Positions 22,110-33,246 of a stretch of 64,000 nucleotides of DNA are shown here, piece after piece. The notes beneath the pieces are model-generated. The model did no database searches, was not told the origin of the DNA, and saw nothing but the letters and a program-made list of their open reading frames with translations. The first letter of the stretch is position 1; every line of letters begins with the position of its first letter. Both the position numbers and the translations under genes were made by a program. The stretch comes from Rhodosorus marinus CCMP1338 (taxonomy: Eukaryota; Plantae; Rhodophyta): NCBI GenBank assembly GCA_029953675.1, contig JAMWBK010000008.1, forward strand, positions 2,046,001-2,110,000, read 5' to 3'.

Positions 22110-23010
22110 CGAAATGACTGAATTAATTTGTTTAATCGGAGACTGAAAGACAAAACACCTAGGGCAAGGTAACCCCAGAGAAAAGACTGCACTCGGGGAA
22201 GATCGCGTGGCTCCAAGATCTGAATGAATTTGGTTAATCAAAGCAGCGTTCACATTCATTCATATGCCACAGCAGGAAACTTGGATGGGTTCAATGCAAT
22301 TCTTGCTGATTCAGCCCCTACCTCACCCCCCGGGGGTTTGTACAGACAATTCCAAACCGAATCACGGAATTGGTGATGGATCGAGAACCCCTCTTGAGGT
22401 GGCAAACCGAGGTGTTTGTTCGGGTCAGAACCTCGATTCCCTCGCAGAATATCTGTGTTATTTTTTCATTGATTGAACGCATTTGTTTAGTCGGAGGCTC
22501 AAAGAAAAATACCCGGAGGGAATAAAATGACTAATCGCGGCGAAGGTCGCCCACTTCCAACATCGAACGAATGGTTTAATCGGAGGCTGAAAAAAAAAAC
22601 CCGAGGGGAAAAAAAGACTAAGCGCGGCGAAGTACTAGCGCCTCCAACATCAAAGCGGCATTCATGCGCCACAGCAGGAAACTTAAGCGGGTAAACAACG
22701 ATTGAAGACGGTCAGGGCGTTCGCGGAACAACTCCCGAAGCCAGCGAGAACCAACAGAGTCCATGAACCCAAAGCACTCAATGATCAGGGGTACCAAGCG
22801 ATGTGCTAGTGCCGAAGCACGAACACCAGGGGAAGACAAAGCCCCCGCGTATTTGATCTCTTTGCGGCGTCTCATGCTGGCGGCGGCAGATCCACGGCGC
22901 TCCTTCCAACATCAAAGCAACGTTCATACTCCACGGCAAGAAACTTAAACGGGTAAACAACGAGGACAGAAGGTCAGGGCGTTAGCGCAATAATTCCCTA
23001 AGCCAACGAC
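22110..23010 (-). mobile_element. Stack of about four F3 3'-end fragments
   Basis: Repeated termini gtttaatcggagactg (about 22130), gtttagtcggaggct (about 22485) and ggtttaatcggaggctg (about 22573). ORF 22618-22875 is the F3 C-terminus. Confidence 0.8.
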
Positions 23011-23067
23011 AGTAGAGCAGAATTCAACTACTGGTTATTACTGGCATAAACACCGCTTTTTTTTATA

Positions 23068-24778
23068 TGGTCTTAATTGGGCTTTATTAGCATAGCCTGA
23101 AGCGCTAAGCAAGGCGTGAGAGGGAACTAAGAACTAGGTAGGGAAGCGTGCAAACCCAGGCGCCTATGGCGCGCCTCGGCAAGCATGCTGCTCGAATATC
23201 TCCACAGAGAGGCACTTAAACGCCGCAAAAGTTCCAAAAAATCAACAGGATGCTCAGTAAAATATTTCCGCAACCATTCCACATCCGGCTTCTCCACGCG
23301 ACCAAAGCTTTCCACAACGAGAGGCTGGAACCGGTGGGAGCGACCCTCAGCGCGAGGCAAACTGGCCATACTCTCAGCGTACCGTCGTTCCTTCACTCGG
23401 CGAAGGACAGAAGCGGTTGCGCGCCGGCGGCGAGCAGCAGCAATGAGATGGGACCTAACCACAGGGCATGTTATCGCGAGGTTAACATATGCTGAGCGTC
23501 CGGCGGCAGCGTCGGAGACAAGAAGATCTGCGATACAGCGAGGCGGCGCCGTGTCCGAGACCGATCTGGGCAGTTCCGATTCCACCTCAACCGTATGCCC
23601 TTCCCGAGTCACATATTCGCTGAGAATGTATTTGAAGCGAGTGTGACGCCTCGTACGAACACCCCTCAACAGTCCGCATGAACGTAAGAAATGGTAACCG
23701 CAAGCATCGACCCGACTCTCACATCCCTGACAGAATGACGGCCCATTAGAGTCCCACGGAGCTTGTGGCAAACCCAGGTAGATCCGTGCAGCAGAGCGGA
23801 ATTGGAAGGCATCGAGACGGTGACCCAGTGACGAAGGTAGAGTGGTTAACCGCAAGAGCGATAGATTGCCTCCCATGCCGTGGAGGCGAGCGGCGGTGGT
23901 AGGCGGTGTGAGGGGAGAGTTGAGCACGATTGCGTGAGCGGCACTGCGTTGGCCCCAGGTGAGGCTATGTTGAATCACATCAGTGCGCGAGCTCCACAAT
24001 CGGCTCAAACCCGGGTAATCGGCAACCGGTGACCCGGGGCTAGCTTCACCCTCGTCGGCGAGCACTCTGTCGATGGGAGAATCCTCGATCGCATCCGTCT
24101 GTCTCCATAACAGCTCTTTCCAGGAGCGAAATCCAGATCGATTCTCGTCAAGCACGGCGTTGCACTTACTGAGTGCCTGTTGCAGACCATCATAAAGGCT
24201 CCGGAGGGGCGGCGGAGGGGTCGCAGGGTCTTCACTAGTTAGTGCTCGAGCCAAAAAATAGGCACTCCGCATCCGAAAGCTCACCAAGGTACGAAGCGCA
24301 GTAGCCCAGGAGGCGACCGCCGCAAGCGAGCATACGAGCCCACTGTCTGCTACGCCAAATCCACCTAATCGCAATGGTAGAGCGAGCTGAGCACGAATTA
24401 AGTCCCTGTTGGAGCAGATTAGACATCCAGCGGTTCATCCAAGAGCTTTCCCCAGTGTTTCAACATCATGTCGTCGGCCTTAGTGGCGATCCAGGCTCCC
24501 CAATGTGGTGGCAGGCTGCGCAACCAATAGTTGGGCCGGGGACCGGCGCAGAAGAGGGAGGAAAGCAAGCATGCAGATAGCTGCATGCTGTCCGGCAGAC
24601 TCTCAATGGCGTCGGTCAACTGGTTGTGTCTGGCCAAGACCCGTTCGCAAAAGTCTCGAACAAAATTGGCACTCCCCAAACTGACACCACGGTCCTCGAG
24701 GCCTTCACGTTCGCCGTAGTGTCGAAGACGAGAAGGCAAAGAGTCCATCGAAGCTTCACTCGGGGCGAGAAAACGTCT
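23068..24778 (-). mobile_element. 5'-truncated F2 element
   Basis: ORFs 23127-24374 and 24419-24748 are homologous to the ORF2 C-terminal half. Tail tatgctaataaagcccaattaagacc. Confidence 0.9.
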
Positions 24779-26125
24779 TTATTAGCATAGCCTGAAGCGC
24801 TACGCAAGGCGTGAAAGGGAACTAAGAACTAGGTAGGGAAGCGTGCAAAACCAGGCGCCGATAGCGCGCCTCGCCAAGCATGCTGCTCGAATATCGCCAC
24901 AGAGGGACACTTAACCGCCGCAAAAGTTCCAAGTATTCAACAGGACGCTGAGTAAAACATTTCCGCAACAACTTCAAACCCGACTTGTCCACGTGACGAA
25001 AGCTTTCCACAATGAAAGGCTGCAACCGGTGGGGGCGACCCTCAGCGCGAGGCAGACTGACCATACTCTCAGCGTACCGTCGCGTTCCTTCACTCGGCGA
25101 AGGGCGGAAGCGGCTGCCCCCCGGCGGTGGGCGGCAGCCGTGAGATGGGCGCTTGCCACAGGGCATGTAATCGCGAGGTCAACATATGCTGAGCGTCTGG
25201 CGGCACATCGGAGATAAGGAGATCTGCGATACAGCGGGGCGGTGGTGCCCTCTCCGAGACCGATCTGGTCAGTTCCGATTCCACCTCCACCGTATGCCCT
25301 ACCCGAGTCAAACATTCGCTGAGAATGTACTTGAAGCGAGTGTGACGCCTCGGACGAAGACCTCTCAACAGTCCATGAACCTAGGAAGTGGTAACCACAA
25401 GCATCGACCCGACTCTCACATCCCTGACAAGAAGACGGCCGATTAGAGTGCCACGGAGCTTGTGGCAAACACAGGTAGATCCATGCAGCAGAGCTCAACT
25501 GAAAGGCATCGAGACGGTGACCAAGGGACGAAGATAGAGTGGTTAACCACAAGTGGGATAGATTGCCTCCCATGCCGTGGAGGCGAGCGACGGTGGTAGG
25601 CGATGTAAAGGGAGAGTTGAGCAAGATTGTGTGAGCGGCACTGTGTTGGCCCCAGGTGAGGCTATGTGGAATCACATCAGTGCGCGAGCACCACAATCGG
25701 CTCACACTCGGGTAATCGGCAACCGCTGACCCGGGGCTAACTTCCCCCTCGTCGGCGAGTACTCTGTCGATGGGAGAGTCCTCGATCTCCTCCGTCCGTT
25801 CCCATAACAGCTCTTTCCAGGAGCGAAATCTAGATCGATTCTCGTCCGGCACGGCGTTGTCCCTACTGAGTGCCTGTTGCAGACCATCATAAATGCTCCG
25901 GAGAGGCGGCGGATGGGTCGCGGGGCCTTCACTAGTTAGTGCTCTAGCCGAAAGGCAGGCACTTCGCATCCGAAAAGTCACCAAGGTGCGGAGCGCGGTA
26001 GTCCAGGAGGCGACCGCCGCAGGCGAGCATACGAGTCAACGGTCTGCCACTCCAAATCCACCTAATCGCAACTGTAGGGCAATCTGAGCACGAATTAGGT
26101 CCCTGTCAGGAGCAGCTTCCAGCCG
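24779..26125 (-). mobile_element. Second 5'-truncated F2 element in tandem, frameshifted
   Basis: Ends tatgctaataaag directly against the previous copy. ORF pieces 24822-25166, 25090-25368 and 24974-25984. Confidence 0.88.
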
Positions 26126-26419
26126 TTCATCCAAAAGTACTCTATCTTAAGAAGACCGGTCTAGCCACCTGCCCAAGCGCTATCCCGTGTTGATCCCGTG
26201 GTGAAGGAAACGGGTAGAGTAGAGGACGATCAGCAGAATTCAAGCACCTCATAACAGTATATGACGTACCTGAGACAAGGGAAATACAGGGAAATACAAG
26301 GGGATGAGTAGGCACTCATGGACTTAAGAGTACCAGTACGGGGGTTCTGCTCCATTTCTGTCCTCCAGCGGTACGCATACTAGTCGCTTAACAGCGATGA
26401 GACCGTACTATTGGAACCC

Positions 26420-26700
26420 ATCGACGGGTGCCTGGTACTCGCGTTTGGAAGATGAAAAGAAGAACAACTGGGATTCATTACAAATGGCCGTCAGGGACAA
26501 CATGCTTCCGCTAATCGTCGTTGGGTCCTAGCCTTTTGGATCATCAGCAGGGAACATCGAGAGGGACGCACGATCCGAGACTATGTGAATGCGTTCGAAC
26601 GAGCGGTCGACGAACTCCGGAAGTATGATCCGGACTGGATATCCGCTATTGTGATAGTGCCGGCTTTCGTAAAAGGGTTAGTTGCAGTCGCCAAGCTCGA
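26420..26700 (+). pseudogene. Ty3/gypsy-like gag fragment (degenerate)
   Basis: Manual translation across a frameshift: AWYSRLEDEKKNNWDSL...GRTIRDYVNAFERAVDELRKYDPDWISAIVIVPAFVKGL, which matches the retrotransposon gag pattern W..L...W..L / Y...F / F..GL. Not in the ORF track. Confidence 0.55.
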
Positions 26701-27030
26701 AGTAGCTCTCTGGTTCTAGTTCATTTACTTCTTGCGTAACGTTAGTAAAAAAAAAAAAAAAAAAAAGTCTGGGGTTTTTAGGGTAGTTGTTGTCGAGGAT
26801 TGGGGTTTTGTTTCTTTTTCGGTCGCGAGCGTGTTCGTTTACGGGAAGCGCTCCCTCTGGTACGCCTTCCACTCGATTTTCCGCGGGGCGTCGTTTGCAT
26901 TTGCAACTACTTCTGTCTTCCGGGTGGGTGTGTTGCGGGGCCTTTCCTATTTGGGTTGGGTTTGGTCGATTATTCTCTCGGTGCGGTTTCATATTGGTGG
27001 TGCAACGTTTCCTTTGCGGATTCCCTCAGG

Positions 27031-28440
27031 ATGGTAGGGATATCTCCGCGCTCGACGGAGCCTCCTCCCAAGGAGGCACTGCCAGGTGGGGGACTCCGTG
27101 TTCGCCTCAGCTGCGGCACGTTTTCTTCCGAGGTTGACTTGGAAGGCGCTTCTGGCACCCAGGCGCGTGCACTTATCTCCGCTGTCACCAGCCTGATCAC
27201 GGCTGCGAGTGATCGTGGAGTGCTCCCTCAGCTCACCCAGAAGCTAGGTGGGCTGGAATCGGGATTGCTGGCCAGTTCAAATTCAAATTCGGACGAGAAT
27301 TTGAATTGCCCCAGAGTGGCAGCGTTGGCTGAAGGCAGTCAACATCAGGTCAATCAACATGAACTTGTCCCGGGACAGGCGAGGGCTGTTGCTTCTGCGC
27401 GGGACAGTACGACGTTGGGGAGCGGCAGGCCGGGCCAAAACGCGCTTCAGCGCTCGGGGACTCGAGGCAATGGTGGTGGTGACTGTGCGGCAACCGGTGT
27501 GGAGGAGACTGCAGCTGTGGACTTCCCTCTCTTGGACCAGCCCTCAGGTGGTCACCAGCTCCCGGCTACTTCGGGGGCACGTGGTGGCCGCAAGGGGGGC
27601 GCTTCGTACGCATCAGTCTTGCGGAAGGGCACCACTGCCACACGTACGGCGGCTATGCTCCGTTTCATACCATCTCGCGAGCCTCAGGATGGACCTGTGG
27701 AGACCACTCTCCAATTTCTGTGGGTGCGAAATGTCCGGCCCCAGACTACACGAGGACAGGTTCCGTCTATGCGAGACTTTCGGGACACTTTTGCGGAATC
27801 GTTAGGGTGCAGCCGGGGTGATTTCTTCTTCGCAAACTATGAGGGCCGGGATGTGCTGTTTTTGGTCTCCGCAACCGCCGCCAAGTACCTGGAGGCCTTG
27901 CTGGCGAAGCCTACCGAGCAGTGGCCTGAGAGCGCCCGGTGGCTGCGCTGCAACCCGCAGGTGGTTTTGCACTTCGATTTTGACCGTTTCTCGGGCAATT
28001 TCCTGTCTCCGGGAGAAACGGCAGGGCTCTCTGAGCATGAGAGCAGCGTGACGGCGGCAGCGATCCATTGGCTACGGATTCAGCGCCTTGAGAGGATCTT
28101 GTTGGAGCGGTTCCAATCGGGCCCTCGTCACCTGCGCATGGCGGTTTCCAGTTTCTTCGATCTGGAGAGGCGACTTGTGCTGACTTCGCGCTACAAGACA
28201 GAGCTGCAGCGGGTGGGGATTTTGGAGGGCTCTGCTTCCAGCACTACTTCCAGCGAGAGTGGTGAGGCAGGGGAGCAGACTGAGGGCATGGCGGTGGAGG
28301 ACGCCCAGGTTACTTCGCTGAAGCCCGCGGGATCCGTTCCGCGAGCCTCGCGGAGTGGGAGGCTCACGACTTTGGTGCGGATAGGAGGTAAGAGAGCGAG
28401 GACCGACTCCCCCGGGTCTAAGGGGGAGAAGCACGATTAG
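27031..28440 (+). CDS. F1 copy C ORF1, 469 aa from the first ATG
   Basis: Open frame, near-identical to copies A and B. Confidence 0.8.
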   Translation: MVGISPRSTEPPPKEALPGGGLRVRLSCGTFSSEVDLEGASGTQARALISAVTSLITAASDRGVLPQLTQKLGGLESGLLASSNSNSDENLNCPRVAALAEGSQHQVNQHELVPGQARAVASARDSTTLGSGRPGQNALQRSGTRGNGGGDCAATGVEETAAVDFPLLDQPSGGHQLPATSGARGGRKGGASYASVLRKGTTATRTAAMLRFIPSREPQDGPVETTLQFLWVRNVRPQTTRGQVPSMRDFRDTFAESLGCSRGDFFFANYEGRDVLFLVSATAAKYLEALLAKPTEQWPESARWLRCNPQVVLHFDFDRFSGNFLSPGETAGLSEHESSVTAAAIHWLRIQRLERILLERFQSGPRHLRMAVSSFFDLERRLVLTSRYKTELQRVGILEGSASSTTSSESGEAGEQTEGMAVEDAQVTSLKPAGSVPRASRSGRLTTLVRIGGKRARTDSPGSKGEKHD

Positions 28441-28471
28441 CGCTCCAGGCACGGCTGCGAGGTCGCAGCCT

Positions 28472-31400
28472 ATGGATCTACAGTCTTATGTCCTGAAGGA
28501 GGGCGGAGACTGGGGCATTTGGCGTACGCGTTTTCGGAGTTGGCTCCGGCGGTGGATTTCTTTGGAAGGAGGCTCGCTTCCCCTCCGTGGGGGCATTCCC
28601 CCAGTCGTCCTTCCTCGTGGAGACCTTCTAGTAGCTGGAACCATTCTCGATTTCATCTTCACGAGCCTGGCTCGCAACATTCGGGACACAGTCATTTGGG
28701 TTTTTCTGGGGGTCATGCCGCGCCTGATTCTGGCCCCCATTCACACATCGGAGCGCAGATGGCGAGTACGAGACCGACTGGCCCTGTTCTTGAAGGGAGA
28801 CTTCGAAGTACTACAGCGCAGCTATTTGGCGTCGTCAGCACCATCCGCCCGTCGGACTCGGCATGGCACAGTGTCGCCCGTGCCAGCTCGAGTACAGAAA
28901 TTGGTAGCAGTGGGCGATTTAAGTCGAGCGGCGCGGGTTTTGGAGGGCCAGGCGCCTGTCCTCCCCTACGATGATAGTCTCGCCCAGACGGTGTCGTCTT
29001 TGTTCCCTGAGTCCGACGTGGATTTGTCCCCTGAATTCGAGGTATTCTTGGACCGTCCGGAGTTGGCCAGGTTTCGCATCGATCTGACGCTCAGTGAGTC
29101 TGACCTGGAGGATTTGCTTAGTACCTCGCGTCGGGGACGCAGTCCCGGACCCTCCGGGCTAAGAACAGAGCTATTGCAGGCCCTGAGCCAGCCTGGCCAG
29201 AGCGCGCTTCTGAGGATCCTTAACAAGTTGTTCCAGGGCGTATCGGGTGCGTCTGCGCCATGGGAACATCTCCGGCAGGCACAGCTTTGCTTGCTCACGA
29301 AACCTGACGACCAGCCGGCCCACCCGCGTCTCCGGCCGATCGGGATGGTGGAGAGCCTACGGAAGTTAGCCGGGAGGTGGCTATGCCAGCGCCTTCGCCA
29401 GCGCGGCACAGCTTTTATGGCGCCCTTGCAAGTAGGGGTGGGATTTTCTGGGGGTTGCGAACTGATCACCCATGGGATCGAGCTAGAACGCGCCAGTAGG
29501 CCGGAGTGGGGAGTCTTGGTGGTTGATTTCCGGAACGCATTCAACAGCGTGTCGCGGACGCATGCGCTAGAGGTGCTCCGACGTGTGTTTCCGGAGGCGT
29601 GGCCGTTTCTATCGGGTATTTACGGAGGTGAGAGCCTCCCCTACTTGACAACGGAGGGCACTGTTTTTCAAGCACATACTGGCGTCCAACAAGGCGACCC
29701 TTGCGGACCTCTTCTTCATGCCTGTGCCCTACAGCTCGTACTTTTACGTCTTTCGACTGAGGTCTCGGATCTTCGAATCTGCGCGTACCACGATGACGTA
29801 ACATTGCTGGGCACCCCTGACACCCTGGCTAGGGGACTGAACGCGATCGAAGCGATTGCACGTCGCGTCGGTTTGACTGTGGAAACAGAAAAATGTCGCT
29901 TTCTCCCCCCGAGGGACGTGTCGCTGAACTCTCTGCCACCCACTCTGCGACTAATCAGCGAACGTGAAGGGTTCGAACACCACGGCGTCGGATTGGGCAC
30001 TGACAACTTTGTCCAAGCATCCTGCGAGCGAGTTTTGGCACGGCACAAGCAACTCACCGACCCAATTGAGCACCTACCCGACAGCATGCTGCAATCGGCC
30101 TGCTTGCTTTCCCGCTTTTGTGCCGGTCCCAGACTCAACTACTGGTTGCGCAGCCTGCCTCCAGCTTGGGGCGAGTGGATCGCGGCTAAAGCCGACGAAA
30201 TGACCCTGCAACACTGGGGAACGCTCTTGGATGAGCCCCTCGATCTTGAAGCTGCTCCCGACAGGGACTTAATTCGTGCACAGATCGCTCTACCGTTGCG
30301 ATTAGGGGGATTCGGCGTCGCAGACCGTGGGCTGGTATGCTCGCCAGCGGCGGTTGCCTCCTGGGCTTCCGCGCTGCGAACGTTGGTGACCTTCCAGATG
30401 CGAAGTGCCTGCCTCTTGGCTCGAGCTTTGACCAACGAGGATCCAGTGACCCTGCCGCCCCCGCTTTTGACAATTTATGATGGTCTTCAACACGCGTTCA
30501 GGAGGTGCAACGCCGTGCCGGACGCAAATCGGTCCCGCTTTCGTTCCTGGAGGGAGCTGTTATGGGGACGAGCTGAAGCGATTGAGGATTATCCCCTCGA
30601 CCGAGTTCTTGCCGATGACGGAGGGGCTAGCCCCGGGTCCCCTGTTGCAGACTACCCGGGTTTGAGCCGATTGTGGAGCTCCCGCACTGATGTGATTCAA
30701 CATAGCCTCACCTGGGGCCAACACAGTGCCGCTCACACAGTCATGCTCAATTCTCCTCTCACGCCGCCTACCACTGCCGCTCGTCTCCGCGGCATGGCAG
30801 GCAACCTCTCGCACTTGTGGTTAACCACTCTACCGTCGTCATTGAGTCATCGTCTCGATGCTTTCCAGTTCCGTTCTGCCGCACGGATCTATCTCGGTTT
30901 GCCACAGGCTCCGTGGCACTCTAATCGGCCGTCTTTCTGTCAGGGATGTGAGAGTCGGATTGACGCTTGTGGCTACCACTTCCTGGGTTCCTGCGGACTG
31001 TTGCGAGGTCTCCGTACGAGGCGTCACACTCGCCTCAAGTACATCCTCAGCGAATTTTTGACTCGGATAGGGCATACGGTTGAGGTTGAGTCGGAACTGC
31101 CCAGATCCATCTCGGACTCTGCACCGCCCCGTTGTATAGCCGATCTCCTCGTCTCCGACGCTGCTGCAAGACGCTCAACATATGTGGACCTTGCGATTAC
31201 CTGCCCCGTGGCCAGCGCCCACCTCACCGCAGCCGCCCGCCGCCGGGGGGCCGCGGCTTCAGCCCTTCGAAGAGTTAAGGAACGACGGTATGCTGAGAGC
31301 ATGGCCAGTCTGCCTTGCGCTGAGGGTCGCTCTCACCGGTTCCAGCCATTCATTGTGGAAAGCTTTGGTCACGTGGATAAGTCGGGTTTATAGTGGTTGC

Positions 31401-31543
31401 GGAAATGTTTTGCTGAGCATCCTACTGAATATTTGGCGCTCTTGAGGCGTTTAAGTGTCTCCCTTTGGCGATATTCCAGCGACATGCTTTCCGAGGCGCG
31501 CCATCGGCGCCTGGGGTTGCATGCTTCCCTCCCTAGTTATTAG
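28472..31543 (+). pseudogene. F1 copy C ORF2 with a premature stop near the C-terminus
   Basis: GAG>TAG at 31391-31393 removes the last 50 codons; RT, CCHC and RLE motifs are otherwise intact. Confidence 0.88.
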
Positions 31544-31586
31544 TTCATCTTCACGCCTTGCGTAGCGCTTCAGGCTATGCTAGTAA

Positions 31587-31797
31587 GGTTGCGGAAATGT
31601 TTTGCTGAGCATCCTACTAATATTTGGCGCTCTTGAGGCGTTTAAGTGTCTCCCTTTGGCGATATTCCAGCGACATGCTTTCCGAGGCGCGCCATCGGCG
31701 CCTGGGGTTGCATGCTTCCCTCCCTAGTTATTAGTTCATCTTCACGCCTTGCGTAGCGCTTCAGGCTATGCTAGTAAAGTCCAGTAAAGTCCAGTAA
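31587..31797 (+). mobile_element. F1 3' fragment inserted into the 3' end of copy C
   Basis: Copy C ends tatgct-agtaa, then ggttgcggaaatg... repeats the last about 185 bp and ends tatgctagtaaagtccagtaaagtccagtaaa. Confidence 0.9.
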
Positions 31798-31829
31798 ACA
31801 ATCAGCAACGACGTCCCCTCCTGGCCGGT

Positions 31830-32740
31830 TGCCCTAATTTGCTCAGCCCGACCGTGTACAATCCGGTTTAAAATGAAGATTACTCCACTAGCAAATTCCT
31901 TTCGTACAAAAAAGTTGTAAATGAAGAGTGGCTTTGTCCACCATCAGATTTATTCAGGCCTTGTCACGTGTTTACTCAGCCCGACCGTGTCTATCCACGG
32001 GCAAATAGGGATGGGAACCCCGAAGAAAGCCCATGGTATGCTAAATGAGAAGAGGAAGGCTCGGACGTGCTACCTGAAGCAGTATGCCTAGGATGTACTC
32101 AGATGTGAGCACGGATGGTTGGGATTTGCTGAGCGCGAAGAGCTTCAGGGTGCTCTGGCCGTAGCTGAAGAGCGGACTTGTCCCATGTTTGCTCAGCCCG
32201 ACAATAGATAACTCTCTTAAAACTAACAATGTTTCAATATTCGTACTTCAAATCGTTATGATTTGACGGGAAGAGTAGTGCTCCGGCCGGATTGCTTCTT
32301 GTTGCCCTTATTTGCTCAGCCCGAGCACGAAACAGATTCCGGACTTGCGGAAAGCTCGAAACTCGAAACGTAGCAAACTGGAAACTACTTTAGTTATCGA
32401 ATGCTCCAGATCCTTAATGTTTTGTATTTCCTTAAAAACGTAGTGCAAAGTGTCCTAACCTAAGCTCGAAGAATGTAAAAACTGGGGCTTCTTTCCCTCC
32501 CTTGCCTGTTTTAACACGTGCATAATTCAACGAAGAACGAGGAGACATGAATGCTTGTGTTCCCCTTTCAGGAGATACCAGTGGTTGTGCTTTCTCTTGA
32601 ATACTGCTTCACAATGAATGCATCATCCTAGTGAGAAACGCCCTGACGCTCTTCGCGCTCAGGGAAACCCAACCATCGGTGCTCACATCTGGGTATATCC
32701 TTAGCATACTGCTTCCGGTATCACTTCCAAGCTTGGCATC
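31830..32740. repeat. Unexplained repeat cluster: four TTT(G/A)CTCAGCCCGA motifs plus a diverged inverted repeat of about 100 bp
   Basis: Motif at 31838, 31971, 32188 and 32311. Segment about 32060-32155 is an imperfect reverse complement of about 32635-32735. Confidence 0.75.
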
Positions 32741-32819
32741 TCAGCGGCGGGGTTCCCCCCTCCTTTTCACAACTAAATCAGAGAACCCTCACCGCGCCTC
32801 CGCTCCCCACCCAAAATTC

Positions 32820-33119
32820 TGTTGAAACGGTCACGCGATGAACGGTGACGATACGCTCTCAGCATCTAGGAGGGTGATTCACACACGGTCACACATACGG
32901 TAGGACCGATGTGCGAACAGTATACGGTAGACAAACCATGTAGAGGTTCAAACAATTGAAGTAGTTTGAACAGTACAAGGTATCGATCTTTTGCACAGTA
33001 TAGTAGGATACTTAAGTGGTAGATATCGAACGCAAGGGTCAGGGAAAACAATAAAGAAACTATCGAAGTTTGGCTGACGGGACTTTGGTCAAGGTTGGGA
33101 ATCCTTGAAAATTCCAACA
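32820..33119 (+). repeat. 5' LTR (300 bp)
   Basis: tgttgaaacgg...ttccaaca; one mismatch seen versus the 3' LTR (tagtagga/tagtggga). Confidence 0.95.
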
Positions 33120-33135
33120 TGGTCTCATCGCTCGG
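33120..33135 (+). promoter_or_regulatory. Primer-binding site
   Basis: TGGTCTCATCGCTCGG immediately after the 5' LTR. TGG is complementary to tRNA CCA; cognate tRNA not identified. Confidence 0.7.
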
Positions 33136-33246
33136 TGCGATTTAAGACGTTGCTTGGTGCAACTTAAGGATATTGCTTGGTGCGATTCCGAGAGAGAAGT
33201 GTTTATTCTTTAAGGATTGGTTTTTAAAGATCGGGTTTTTCAGAGT

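Larger units (their letters stand above)
26768..31581 (+). mobile_element. Full-length F1 retrotransposon, copy C
   Basis: Same architecture as copy B. Preceded by gttagtaaa and a poly-A run. Probable TSD AGTAAA, matched at the distal end of the array (about 31792-31797). Confidence 0.93.

Noticed and set aside
26775-26783. TTTTTAGGG read as an interstitial telomere
   Set aside because: A single unit only; retained merely as part of the 5'-extension observation.
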